In this document: positions 19,533 to 28,110 of the stretch, in pieces
How the letters are laid out: each line of letters begins with the position of its first letter
Position numbering within the stretch: position 1 is the stretch's first letter
Notes under the pieces: model-generated
The model's input: only the letters and a program-made list of their open reading frames with translations
Database searches by the model: none
What the model was told of the DNA's origin: nothing
Source: a virus
Virus record (IMG/VR): IMGVR_UViG_3300024518_000034
Location: 96,001 to 160,000 of that record
Reading direction: 5' to 3' (one strand)
Length of the DNA stretch: 64,000 nt
Made by a program: the position numbers and the translations under genes

Positions 19533-20855
19533 ATGAGATACTGTATGCCATGTAAAAGTGAACCGGATAAGAATGACGCGAAATATGCCTCATATGGCAT
19601 CTGCAATCGTTGTTATATTAATAATAATAAAATGATTGCAGCAGAACGCATCGTACAATCTATTTTAATTACAGCAGCAGAACCCAAAAAGAAACGAAAG
19701 AGAAAAAAGAAGAAAAAGGACCAGCCAGAGGAAAAACCTTATCCTGATTATGACGACCCGTATTGGACAGAGGGGATAGAAGAAAGAAGGATGACCTATC
19801 CAGAAGAAAGGCCACCAAAAGATCCTGTCCACCTAGCCCCTGGATATGAAAATAGGATGAGAACGAAAGAAGAAATTCCAGGCAGAAGAAGAAGGTTACT
19901 TACAATTGATGAGCTTGTAAGAAGCGCTGAAATGATGGATTCGTGGAAGGATTGGTATGAGAGAAATGATGGAATTATAGAAGAGCTTTTTGGTGCTGAT
20001 ACAGATTTGTTAAAAAGTCTTTTAGCGCTAACTTCACCAAATAACGCAGTTAAAGGAAATGTTACGCAAGCTATGAAAGCTTATGTTAAAATCTTGAAAG
20101 GCGAGCCAATTAGACCAGGAGATCAAGATAGACCAGGGTCAGATTTCTTACCAAACCATGCGATAAATATAAATAAGATGCTTAGAGGAGAACCAATTAG
20201 TGGCCCCAAAGTGATTCCTTTTGAGAAGAATGTATTTGGCGATAGATTGGCGGTAACGATAGATCTCCACATGCAACAATTGTTTTATGGAGAGTGGGGA
20301 ACTTGTCCTGGTTGCAAGGGTGCAGGAAAAGGCAAAGTAAATGGAAGAATGCAAAAGTGTAAAACTTGCAAAGGGAACAAAGAAGGATATTTTTTAGGTA
20401 AGTCAGTTGTCAGTGCAGATCACACAATGTTTTATGCAGATAAGATTGTCAGAGAAGTGGCTGAAGAGTTAGGGTGGGCACCACCTGAAACTCAAGCTGC
20501 TTTATGGGCTTTTAATTTAGAATTAAGAAATGAGGAGGTACAAAGTTATGACGGAGTATTGGAAGCAAGGTCAGAAGAATACGGAGAAATCATCAGAATT
20601 CTCCAAGAAGAATACGGAACACTCTTCGAAAGATCAGGAGGAGGGCAAGGAGGAATTGATGAGCCACTTAGCGGAAGCGGTCAAGACAAGATCGAATTCA
20701 GTACAGAACGCAGCCCTCTTTTGGAAGAAACTGAAGGAGAAGGTGAACAAGAGCAGGGAAGACAGAGGTTTGAAACCTATCCCGTAAACTTAAAAAAGTT
20801 TGATCCGATGGATCCAGAAGATCCAGAAGATTTTAATCCACTAAAACCAAATTAA
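19533..20855 (+). CDS. Phage protein with an HhH-glycosylase-like (DUF7178-like) domain and an inserted DnaJ-type Zn finger
   Basis: LTSPNNAV, GPKV.PF..N, VTIDLH, ELGW.P.ETQAALW; CPGCKGAG...CKTCKG. Confidence 0.5.
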   Translation: MRYCMPCKSEPDKNDAKYASYGICNRCYINNNKMIAAERIVQSILITAAEPKKKRKRKKKKKDQPEEKPYPDYDDPYWTEGIEERRMTYPEERPPKDPVHLAPGYENRMRTKEEIPGRRRRLLTIDELVRSAEMMDSWKDWYERNDGIIEELFGADTDLLKSLLALTSPNNAVKGNVTQAMKAYVKILKGEPIRPGDQDRPGSDFLPNHAININKMLRGEPISGPKVIPFEKNVFGDRLAVTIDLHMQQLFYGEWGTCPGCKGAGKGKVNGRMQKCKTCKGNKEGYFLGKSVVSADHTMFYADKIVREVAEELGWAPPETQAALWAFNLELRNEEVQSYDGVLEARSEEYGEIIRILQEEYGTLFERSGGGQGGIDEPLSGSGQDKIEFSTERSPLLEETEGEGEQEQGRQRFETYPVNLKKFDPMDPEDPEDFNPLKPN

Positions 20856-20870
20856 TCTAGTATAGTACTT

Positions 20871-20955
20871 TTGAAGCCCATCAGGACTTCAACCCCTACC
20901 CCCCTTTCTTCGCTTGTCCGCGTTGTAGGCCCCCAGTTCGCTGGGGGCCTTTTTT
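20871..20955 (+). ncRNA. Candidate ~85-nt sRNA with C-rich single-stranded region
   Basis: TATAGTA at 20861, 5' hairpin TTGAAG/CTTCAA, CCCCTACCCCCCTTTCTT, then terminator; no ORF. Confidence 0.4.
20927..20955 (+). terminator. Strong Rho-independent terminator
   Basis: AGGCCCCCAG-TTCG-CTGGGGGCCT-TTTTT. Confidence 0.9.
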
Positions 20956-20957
20956 AA

Positions 20958-20986
20958 TTGACAGGACAGCGGTTCTAGGCTATGAT
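20958..20986 (+). promoter_or_regulatory. Sigma70-type promoter P1
   Basis: TTGACA-N17-TATGAT. Confidence 0.85.
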
Positions 20987-21060
20987 AGATGTACTTGGTG
21001 AGTCGAGCCTGTTTTCCCTATAGAGAAGACGTGGCTCGTATGAGTACCAGCAATCCTTAC

Positions 21061-21117
21061 ATAGTTAAATAGCGTAAATAGCGTAAATAGTTAAATAGCG
21101 TAAATAGTTAAATAGCG
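21061..21117. repeat. Six tandem TAAATAG(CG/T) repeats, iteron-like
   Basis: TAAATAG at 21066, 21075, 21084, 21092, 21101, 21109. Confidence 0.9.
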
Positions 21118-21129
21118 CAACATACGGCA

Positions 21130-21158
21130 TTGACAAAAGCCAACATGTGCAGTAGACT
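21130..21158 (+). promoter_or_regulatory. Sigma70-type promoter P2
   Basis: TTGACA-N17-TAGACT. Confidence 0.75.
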
Positions 21159-21232
21159 AGATGAATAGTATAAAGAACAAATAACAAAACAGTTAAGGAT
21201 TTTAAGCGAGAGAAAAAGGAGAGCAAAATAAG

Positions 21233-23407
21233 ATGGGTAAAAAGTTTTATATTGAAAGGTTAAAAATAGAAGTAAAAATTCCTGACAACTACTATCTTTC
21301 AGAAGAAGATCATGAAGTGGCAGAAGATGATCTAACTTGGTGGAAGGCGAAAGAGGATTTTGTAACACCAAGTCATGTGGGAGAGTTAGCGGGCGATAAA
21401 TATTGCTGCATTTCGCCATGTGATAGAAATCATCCCCCTCACGGTTACGAGTTAGTACCAGACGACAGTGAAGAAATAGTTAAAAAAGATTGGAAGTGGT
21501 GGGGGGCGGCAAAGAGGTGGGTTAGGACGGACTGCTCAATAGGAAAAGTTGTAAAAGATTTGTATACAGTAAATGGACTGCACGGACTAGCGAAACCAAT
21601 AGTAAAGCTTCCAGCAATCCCAGAAGGCTTTGAATTAGCTAAAGTGGGCGAAAGAAAAGAGGCTGGCTGGATGTATTTTTCTGCCAATGGGGATTGGAAG
21701 ATTGGCACTTTTTCACTAGTTGGAAACATTTTACGTAAAGGTGGGGCGTTGACTTTTGTCAAGCCAATCAAGGCAAAGCTTCCAGCAATCCCAGAAGGCT
21801 TTGAGTTAGTTAAAAAGGATGAAAAAATTATCCAACACACTTGGAAAGTTTGGCATAAAACGTCAGGGTGGAATAGAACCGTTGACGCTGGTGCTGACAG
21901 AATGAGAGCGGAGGGCACTAGTAAACTAATTTACATAAAGCCAGCGAAGAAAATGACTGGCTGGATGATATCGAATGCGCCAGAAGGGTATGAATTAGTG
22001 CCAAAAAGCAGCGAAGAATTAATTCAAAAAGGTTGGTTAACTTATGTATATTGGGAAGAGCTTGACGAGAATGGTAAACAGTTAGAATGGAAACCATCAA
22101 GTCATCATGCCATTGGACGTAAAAATAACACTACCGCTGAAAAATACGCTAAACCAGTCGCAAAGAGAAAAGAAGAAAGGAAGGAATCAGTGATAGATCA
22201 GAAATTGAAACCAAAGAAGCAGATGTACAAAGAGTACGTGAAGTTGCAGAATCTCAAAAAAGATCATGCAAATTTGGCTCACGAGTATAAGGAATTGTTG
22301 GCTAAGCATGACTCGTTGAGAGAAGCCGAAGAAGCGCAACAATGTGCGCTTGAAGATTTGCAAGACGAGTACAACGGACAGGTGTGTAGGAATGAGGATC
22401 TACAAGACGAGTACGACGAGTTGGAATCGGAAAAGGAATCTTTGCAAGACGAGTACGACGAGTTGGAATCGGAAAAGGAATCTTTGCAAGACGAGTACGA
22501 CGAGTTGGAGAGTGAAAAAGAAGAGCTTGAACAGGAACGCGATGAAATAAGAGAAGAATATAGTTCCGCCTTGGATGAAAGAGCAGAGCTTCAACAGGAT
22601 TGCGAAGATTATTCTGAAAAATTAGATGATGTGGAAGTAGTTTATGAGGAAACTAAAAAGGCATTTGGTGAATATCAGACAAAGGCAAAGGCTAAGATTA
22701 GAGAACTTGAAGATATCGCAGATAAGCACTATCAAGAAGCGCATGTGAATAAGTTGAAAGCCGCTGCCTACGACACCGTAGCCGGTCATGCCGCTGCCTA
22801 CGACAAAGATAGAAAAATCTACAAAACAGAAGAAGCCAAATATAGAAATCTATATGTTGCTGCTGTTAAGACCATCAACGAACAGGAAGAGAAGGAAAAG
22901 TCACAAAAGAAACGCAACAATGCTCTTATTGACACTGTGAAAAGTCTAGTAAAGAAGTATTCGAAATATGCAAGAATCTACAAGGGGCTATGTATCGTTT
23001 CGGATGATTCAGGAATAGACGGACATTTCGAAGATGAACACGCCTGTGTATCACCGTATAAGCCAGAAGTTCATGGGTCGCTAAATGGTGATCAGGAAGA
23101 ATTGTTGGAAATGCTGGGCTGGAAGAATGACGGGGATGACATGTACGTGTACGATCTGAGAAGTGATGAAGAAAAGAAGAAAGATGCTGATAAGACTAAG
23201 TTTTATGAAGAACTTGCAATATTAGGACCAGTGGAACCATTACCACAACCGCTAGACTATGACTGCCCTCACTGTGAAACGAAGTTGATCGAAGGTGTTG
23301 AGGGTGAAGTTTTAAGTTGCGGTAATTGTGGTGAAGATATTGGATGGAGTGACGAGTATGGGTATGTGTTAGTCATTGATCCGATTGAGGAAGATTTGGA
23401 CATATAA
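21233..23407 (+). CDS. 724-aa modular protein: four ~57-aa repeats, long coiled coil, C-terminal Zn ribbon
   Basis: P(E/H)G(F/Y)EL repeats; LQDEYDELESEKES repeats; CPHC...CGNC. Confidence 0.8.
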   Translation: MGKKFYIERLKIEVKIPDNYYLSEEDHEVAEDDLTWWKAKEDFVTPSHVGELAGDKYCCISPCDRNHPPHGYELVPDDSEEIVKKDWKWWGAAKRWVRTDCSIGKVVKDLYTVNGLHGLAKPIVKLPAIPEGFELAKVGERKEAGWMYFSANGDWKIGTFSLVGNILRKGGALTFVKPIKAKLPAIPEGFELVKKDEKIIQHTWKVWHKTSGWNRTVDAGADRMRAEGTSKLIYIKPAKKMTGWMISNAPEGYELVPKSSEELIQKGWLTYVYWEELDENGKQLEWKPSSHHAIGRKNNTTAEKYAKPVAKRKEERKESVIDQKLKPKKQMYKEYVKLQNLKKDHANLAHEYKELLAKHDSLREAEEAQQCALEDLQDEYNGQVCRNEDLQDEYDELESEKESLQDEYDELESEKESLQDEYDELESEKEELEQERDEIREEYSSALDERAELQQDCEDYSEKLDDVEVVYEETKKAFGEYQTKAKAKIRELEDIADKHYQEAHVNKLKAAAYDTVAGHAAAYDKDRKIYKTEEAKYRNLYVAAVKTINEQEEKEKSQKKRNNALIDTVKSLVKKYSKYARIYKGLCIVSDDSGIDGHFEDEHACVSPYKPEVHGSLNGDQEELLEMLGWKNDGDDMYVYDLRSDEEKKKDADKTKFYEELAILGPVEPLPQPLDYDCPHCETKLIEGVEGEVLSCGNCGEDIGWSDEYGYVLVIDPIEEDLDI
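22358..22525. repeat. Intragenic 42-bp tandem repeat, four copies
   Basis: Units start at 22358, 22400, 22442, 22484; the middle two are nearly identical. Confidence 0.9.
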
Positions 23408-23820
23408 TGAGTGTCTGGTCGAAAGGCCAGACACAGCTTCTCTTTGACGAATATAGAAGTTGGGCGAACCAACACGAGTGGGACATATATGCACACTTAA
23501 CTTTTGGAAAGAAGACAAGCTACAATCTGGCACGAGAGAAATTTAGGAAGTGGATAAGGGCGATAGAAAAGCACGAAAATATAAAGGGCAAGACATCATA
23601 CTACATGTCGGTCGAATTCAATAAGGCTGGTGCCCATATCCACGCTGTTGGGAAGAATATTAAGGACGTTAACTTTGCTAGAAAGTGGTGGACAAAACAC
23701 CATGGCAAGTGTATGATAGAAGCATACGATGAAAAGCAAGACGGCATAGGATACATTACTAAAATAGTAAATGTCGGAGGGACACCGGATCCATGGGGGC
23801 CGGTTTGGAAAGGTAAATAA
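23407..23820 (+). CDS. Small HUH endonuclease (rolling-circle Rep-like)
   Basis: HLTF (motif I-like), HIH (HUH), YITK (catalytic YxxK). Confidence 0.7.
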   Translation: MSVWSKGQTQLLFDEYRSWANQHEWDIYAHLTFGKKTSYNLAREKFRKWIRAIEKHENIKGKTSYYMSVEFNKAGAHIHAVGKNIKDVNFARKWWTKHHGKCMIEAYDEKQDGIGYITKIVNVGGTPDPWGPVWKGK

Positions 23821-23821
23821 A

Positions 23822-23995
23822 ATGAGAGAAAAAGATTTTTTGGAAAGATTTGAAAGTGGAATGACAAGAAAAAGCAATTCAATATTTACGGGAGTTGGAA
23901 TAATTTTTGTAGGAACATTATTGTTGAATCTAGGTTTGCTGGCATTTGGAATCTGGGTTATTGTTAAACTTATGCAACATTTCGGAGTTATTTAA
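23822..23995 (+). CDS. Small membrane protein
   Basis: ATG 23822 after upstream stop; long hydrophobic segment. Confidence 0.6.
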   Translation: MREKDFLERFESGMTRKSNSIFTGVGIIFVGTLLLNLGLLAFGIWVIVKLMQHFGVI

Positions 23996-24523
23996 ATGTT
24001 AACAGCGGGACAAAAAGAAAAGCTTTTAAAGTGGGACGAGGATTTTTCGGATATGCCTTACGACTATATGTATAAAGCATATATCAAGCCGAGAAACAAG
24101 AGAAGGGTATTCTTTCAAGAAACGTTCAATATTGCTGCAAGGCATATGATTGAACAAGGCGAAAGAGCGTACATGAAGGGCTACAACAACATGTACGAAA
24201 CCAGAGGTGGTCTTAAAAGTCCTGTCAGAGTATTAATCTCTGACAGAGACTGGATTCTGCCAGTAGAGTTTGCTGGCGATAAGAGAAGGCCAGCATATTG
24301 GATTCCATCGAAAATGGAATTTACCTCTTGTGACACAGGAGTGGTAGCGGGGGCGTTGATGAAAGCGGGACACGATTTGGATCTTTGTAAAAAATTGCAA
24401 AAGATTCATGATAACGTGGAACCAAAATTTTGGGAAAAAGCCTTGAACAGATTGGCAGAATCGTATAAGATCTATGGAGTAAAAAGATCTTGGTATAAAA
24501 CTAAGGAGAAGTATCGTGATTGA
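23996..24523 (+). CDS. Hypothetical protein
   Basis: 175-aa ORF abutting upstream stop. Confidence 0.7.
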   Translation: MLTAGQKEKLLKWDEDFSDMPYDYMYKAYIKPRNKRRVFFQETFNIAARHMIEQGERAYMKGYNNMYETRGGLKSPVRVLISDRDWILPVEFAGDKRRPAYWIPSKMEFTSCDTGVVAGALMKAGHDLDLCKKLQKIHDNVEPKFWEKALNRLAESYKIYGVKRSWYKTKEKYRD

Positions 24524-24938
24524 ACTAAGAAATGTAGAAGAGAAAATTGACTTGGAACTTTCATATCAAACATTGTATGCGTGGGTGCAACATGTAGATT
24601 TTGACAAACGCCAGGCGGGTGACCATACGTGGATCGATGGTGCAGTTGCAGACGCACTATGGAGAGACACTCCAGCGTTTAGTGGAATAAATCGTACACC
24701 ACTGTTGCACAGATTGGAAGATACAGCTAGAGTTATAACGGTAGTTAAAATTTATGAAAATCCAACAGACTATAAGAATGGATTTTTACCAATTAGTTCG
24801 GGCGTCTCTATTTGTGATTTTCGTGATCAATGGTGTAGAAAAGTGGGAAGAGATAAAGCTCTCAGAAGAGCTTTGGGTAAAATTGGTTATCTGTTAGATA
24901 CGCCTAAAGGCGTAGTAAAAACATTTAGAACTCAATAA
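24516..24938 (+). CDS. Hypothetical phage protein
   Basis: 140-aa ORF overlapping upstream gene. Confidence 0.7.
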   Translation: MIELRNVEEKIDLELSYQTLYAWVQHVDFDKRQAGDHTWIDGAVADALWRDTPAFSGINRTPLLHRLEDTARVITVVKIYENPTDYKNGFLPISSGVSICDFRDQWCRKVGRDKALRRALGKIGYLLDTPKGVVKTFRTQ

Positions 24939-24948
24939 GGAGGTAAAT

Positions 24949-25100
24949 TTGATGAAAAAAGATTTTGATTATGGCAATTTTGCTAATGGTAAGTGGTTGT
25001 GCTAAGCTGAAGGCGGTAAGGGCGGTAAGGGCGGTAAGGCAATGGAGAAGATCCACAACCACCAGGACATGATGGGAAGCCAGATAAACAGAATGATTAA
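24949..25100 (+). pseudogene. Frameshifted small lipoprotein gene remnant
   Basis: AAGGAGG RBS and ATG 24952; signal peptide KILIMAILLMVSG-C lies in the +1 frame after an A6 run; GGCGGTAAG x3. Confidence 0.45.
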
Positions 25101-25120
25101 AAAGCTTTATGCAGAAAGTA

Positions 25121-25150
25121 AGGGAGTCCTTTAGGGGACTCCCTTTTTTT
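25121..25150 (+). terminator. Rho-independent terminator
   Basis: AGGGAGTCC/GGACTCCCT plus T run. Confidence 0.85.
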
Positions 25151-25157
25151 ATTTATT

Positions 25158-25415
25158 ATGAAAATTTACGAATATAAACACAAATACGCAAATGTAAGGG
25201 GATATACTCATTGTTGTGCTGTTTTAGTAGTATATCCATTTAAGCACGCAGAATGGTGCCCTTATCATAACTTTGACACAAAGAAAATCAAGGCTGGTGA
25301 TATACCTATAAATGTAAAAAGACCTTATCTTGAGGGGGATTTGATACAAGATTATCATACGGGGAAAAGATATAGAATGAAAGACGGCTCGTGGGCTGAA
25401 GAAGAAAGTGGATAA
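25158..25415 (+). CDS. Hypothetical protein
   Basis: 85-aa ORF. Confidence 0.6.
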   Translation: MKIYEYKHKYANVRGYTHCCAVLVVYPFKHAEWCPYHNFDTKKIKAGDIPINVKRPYLEGDLIQDYHTGKRYRMKDGSWAEEESG

Positions 25416-25686
25416 TTTTTACATAAACGATTATAAGTCACTATATAGCCAAAAGGTATTCGAGGTCGGAGGAGACAGGAATGAATACATAATATTCTCA
25501 ATTGAAGGAAAAGAGAGATTGAGAATTGGGAAAGATAAATTTTATATAGATGGCAAGCCAACAGAGGACCATAAGAGAATATATGGGGCTTTTGTAGATT
25601 GGCTTATAAAGCAGAACTTATACAAAACTAAACCTAAGTTTAGAATTAGGATGAAAAAGAAAGAAAAACCAGGAGAAGAGGTATAG
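25408..25686 (+). CDS. Hypothetical protein
   Basis: 92-aa ORF, GTG start overlapping upstream gene. Confidence 0.6.
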   Translation: MDNFYINDYKSLYSQKVFEVGGDRNEYIIFSIEGKERLRIGKDKFYIDGKPTEDHKRIYGAFVDWLIKQNLYKTKPKFRIRMKKKEKPGEEV

Positions 25687-25705
25687 TATTATAGAGGAGA
25701 GATAT

Positions 25706-26101
25706 ATGGATAAGAGGCGAAAAGAAGGACGAGTAGAACAATTTGGTGAAGTTTGCCAAGAGATGGTGGCACTCTTCGCTAAGAAGAATGAAGATTATGG
25801 AGATGCATTTGCGGATTCGGGAACAATTGGTGTATTGGTAAGTATCAACAATAAGATACGAAGATTGCAAAACATTACTAAGACAGGAATTACGCTAGTT
25901 GAAGACGAAAAAATAAGAGACACAGTGTTAGATCTGGCTAACTATTCAGTAATGTTTCTTATGCTATTGGACGAAAAAGAAGAAGGTGAGGAAGACGAGT
26001 ACGAGGAAGAGATAGATTTATTTTTAGATGAGGACGACGAAGAAGAAACGTTTAATGAAAGTGATAGCATAATAGACGAATTATTTGATGAAGAAAAATA
26101 G
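25706..26101 (+). CDS. Nucleotide-modification-associated domain protein (DUF1599/Nmad1-like, MazG-like helical fold)
   Basis: KKNEDYGDAF...NKIRRL...DTVLDLANYSVM. Confidence 0.75.
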   Translation: MDKRRKEGRVEQFGEVCQEMVALFAKKNEDYGDAFADSGTIGVLVSINNKIRRLQNITKTGITLVEDEKIRDTVLDLANYSVMFLMLLDEKEEGEEDEYEEEIDLFLDEDDEEETFNESDSIIDELFDEEK

Positions 26102-27200
26102 CCAAGAGATTACCTTAATAGACATATCTATATTGGGCGAAACAGAGCCTACAGATTGTTGTCATATATGTGGCACTGAAGCACACAATAGATGTTCTTG
26201 TTGTAAAAAGAATATTTGTGAATATTGTACCATAGAGAAGAACAATGACAGGAAATGTTATTTGTGTACGTCGAGTCAAGAGAGGGTTGAAATAGATGGT
26301 ATGGATAGTAATAAAACCATATGTATAGATTTCGACGGAGTTATATCTGACTACAAGAGTGGATGGCAAGGTTTGGGAGTATATGGAAAGCCTATACCGG
26401 GAGTGGACAGAGCAACTAAGTGGTTGAAAGATCACGGATGGTTTATCATAATAAATACTTGCAGAGATGAAGATGAACAAATAGCTGAGTTTTGCAAACA
26501 GAACAATATTTGGTTTGATTCAATAAATGAAAACCCAAATCAGCCTAAAGATGGTTCAAGTAAACCAATGGCTGATGTATATCTAGACGACAAAGCAATT
26601 GGGTTTACTGGCGACTGGGGGATGACGCTAGACAAAATTGAGTGTTTTAAACCGTGGTGGGAAGAGCCAGCAGAAGAACAAGTTATTAAGGTGTTTTCGC
26701 AAAAGATAAACGACTCGTGTGGCGACTCGTGTGACGTTTGTGGAAAAGCAATAGAGGGTACACCGCTGAAGTATAACAATGAATGTTATCACAGTGAGTG
26801 TTTGCTGGGAAAGAGAGCGCAAACTCTATTGAGGACGGCTAACACTTTGAACAAGTTAGAAAATAAGATGAAGCACTTTACATTAGACTTTGACGATAGA
26901 AGACATATTGAAAAGCAAATAAAAGACATAAGAGCAATGATAATGATAAAAAAGAAATTTGATCCGCTATTTAGAATGGCGGCAGAAGACAACTTTAGTC
27001 CATCGGCTAATAATGATTCAGAAATAGAAGACGCCGACGACGGTGCATCGGAGCCTGATCCAGTACAAAAAGACAAAAAGTCAACAACTAAGAATTATAT
27101 AGATAGAGATTCTGACGCATTACATCAGGACGATCCAGGTAAACCAACATATCCGAGAGAGAAGAATTTGGTGCATAGACCAAGATCGCTGAATGAATAG
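26085..27200 (+). CDS. HAD-superfamily phosphatase flanked by Zn fingers
   Basis: IDFDGV, INTCR, KPMADVYLDDKA; CxxC clusters. Confidence 0.75.
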   Translation: MMKKNSQEITLIDISILGETEPTDCCHICGTEAHNRCSCCKKNICEYCTIEKNNDRKCYLCTSSQERVEIDGMDSNKTICIDFDGVISDYKSGWQGLGVYGKPIPGVDRATKWLKDHGWFIIINTCRDEDEQIAEFCKQNNIWFDSINENPNQPKDGSSKPMADVYLDDKAIGFTGDWGMTLDKIECFKPWWEEPAEEQVIKVFSQKINDSCGDSCDVCGKAIEGTPLKYNNECYHSECLLGKRAQTLLRTANTLNKLENKMKHFTLDFDDRRHIEKQIKDIRAMIMIKKKFDPLFRMAAEDNFSPSANNDSEIEDADDGASEPDPVQKDKKSTTKNYIDRDSDALHQDDPGKPTYPREKNLVHRPRSLNE

Positions 27201-27426
27201 TTATGAAGTTTACTATACAAAGACTAAACAGTGGATAGTAATAAGAGAAGAGGAGAACAGATATAGAATATCAATCCCCTGTCGTGGGAAGAATGATCAT
27301 GTGATAAGTAAAAGTCTGTGGGAGGTTCAAGATCGTGGTGGACTTTTGACCATTACTCCTGCTATAATGTGTACGGCATGTGGACTAAGAATAATTGTTG
27401 CAGAGGGACAAATGAAGAACACATGA
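27193..27426 (+). CDS. Small Cys-containing hypothetical protein
   Basis: LTITPAIMCTACG; ATGA-type overlap. Confidence 0.6.
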   Translation: MNSYEVYYTKTKQWIVIREEENRYRISIPCRGKNDHVISKSLWEVQDRGGLLTITPAIMCTACGLRIIVAEGQMKNT

Positions 27427-27470
27427 TAAAAAATAGGGGATGTTGAGTTTCAACATAGAAAGGTATAGAG

Positions 27471-27863
27471 ATGGCAAAAGTGATGTCAAGAAAAACAAAA
27501 GGAAATAATATTACAGTTAAATTATGTCATAAAAAACCAAGGACGTTGATGTCAATGGGTTTTGCACAGTTCGAAAAGAGAAACAGAAAAGTAGAGATTA
27601 TTTCAGCTTCTAAAAAATGGATTAGGTACATAAAGAGTTGGAAGAATAGTTTCGATAAGGACATTGGAGACATAAGTAAGCTGAATATATACAAGGCTAG
27701 ACCACACCTTTTTGAAAATGTGGAAATCGTAGGAAGATTGTGGGGAGCAGTAATCATAGAACAAGACTTTGAGTCTAACATGTGTAGACTTGCAGCCCAC
27801 GGTGGAGAGAAGCTGAATGGTGTGTTATGCACATTGTTCTTAGAAAAGAAAGAGGAGAAGTGA
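27471..27863 (+). CDS. Hypothetical protein
   Basis: 130-aa ORF. Confidence 0.65.
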   Translation: MAKVMSRKTKGNNITVKLCHKKPRTLMSMGFAQFEKRNRKVEIISASKKWIRYIKSWKNSFDKDIGDISKLNIYKARPHLFENVEIVGRLWGAVIIEQDFESNMCRLAAHGGEKLNGVLCTLFLEKKEEK

Positions 27864-27864
27864 G

Positions 27865-28110
27865 ATGGATAGAGACGTGCATGATAAATTTAGAGAGTTG
27901 TCTGGTCAAATTAGTGACTTAGCAGATTCCGTACAGAGTTTTGGGAAAAGACTGGAAAAGTCTAAAGAAGGTGAATTAGATAAACATGAAATTATGGTGG
28001 AGATAGAAGAATTGAAGGCGAGACTGACAAAAACTGAAAAAGTGAAGACAGCGGTAAAGAAGAGAGTTGTAAAGAAAAAGAAAGCGACAACAAAGACAAC
28101 AAATGAATAA
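27865..28110 (+). CDS. Coiled-coil hypothetical protein
   Basis: 81-aa heptad-rich ORF. Confidence 0.6.
   Translation: MDRDVHDKFRELSGQISDLADSVQSFGKRLEKSKEGELDKHEIMVEIEELKARLTKTEKVKTAVKKRVVKKKKATTKTTNE

Noticed and set aside
21061-21117. CRISPR array, given the Cas4-like gene at 40172
   Set aside because: The units are 8-9 bp with no spacers; stand-alone Cas4-like nucleases are common in phage replication modules.
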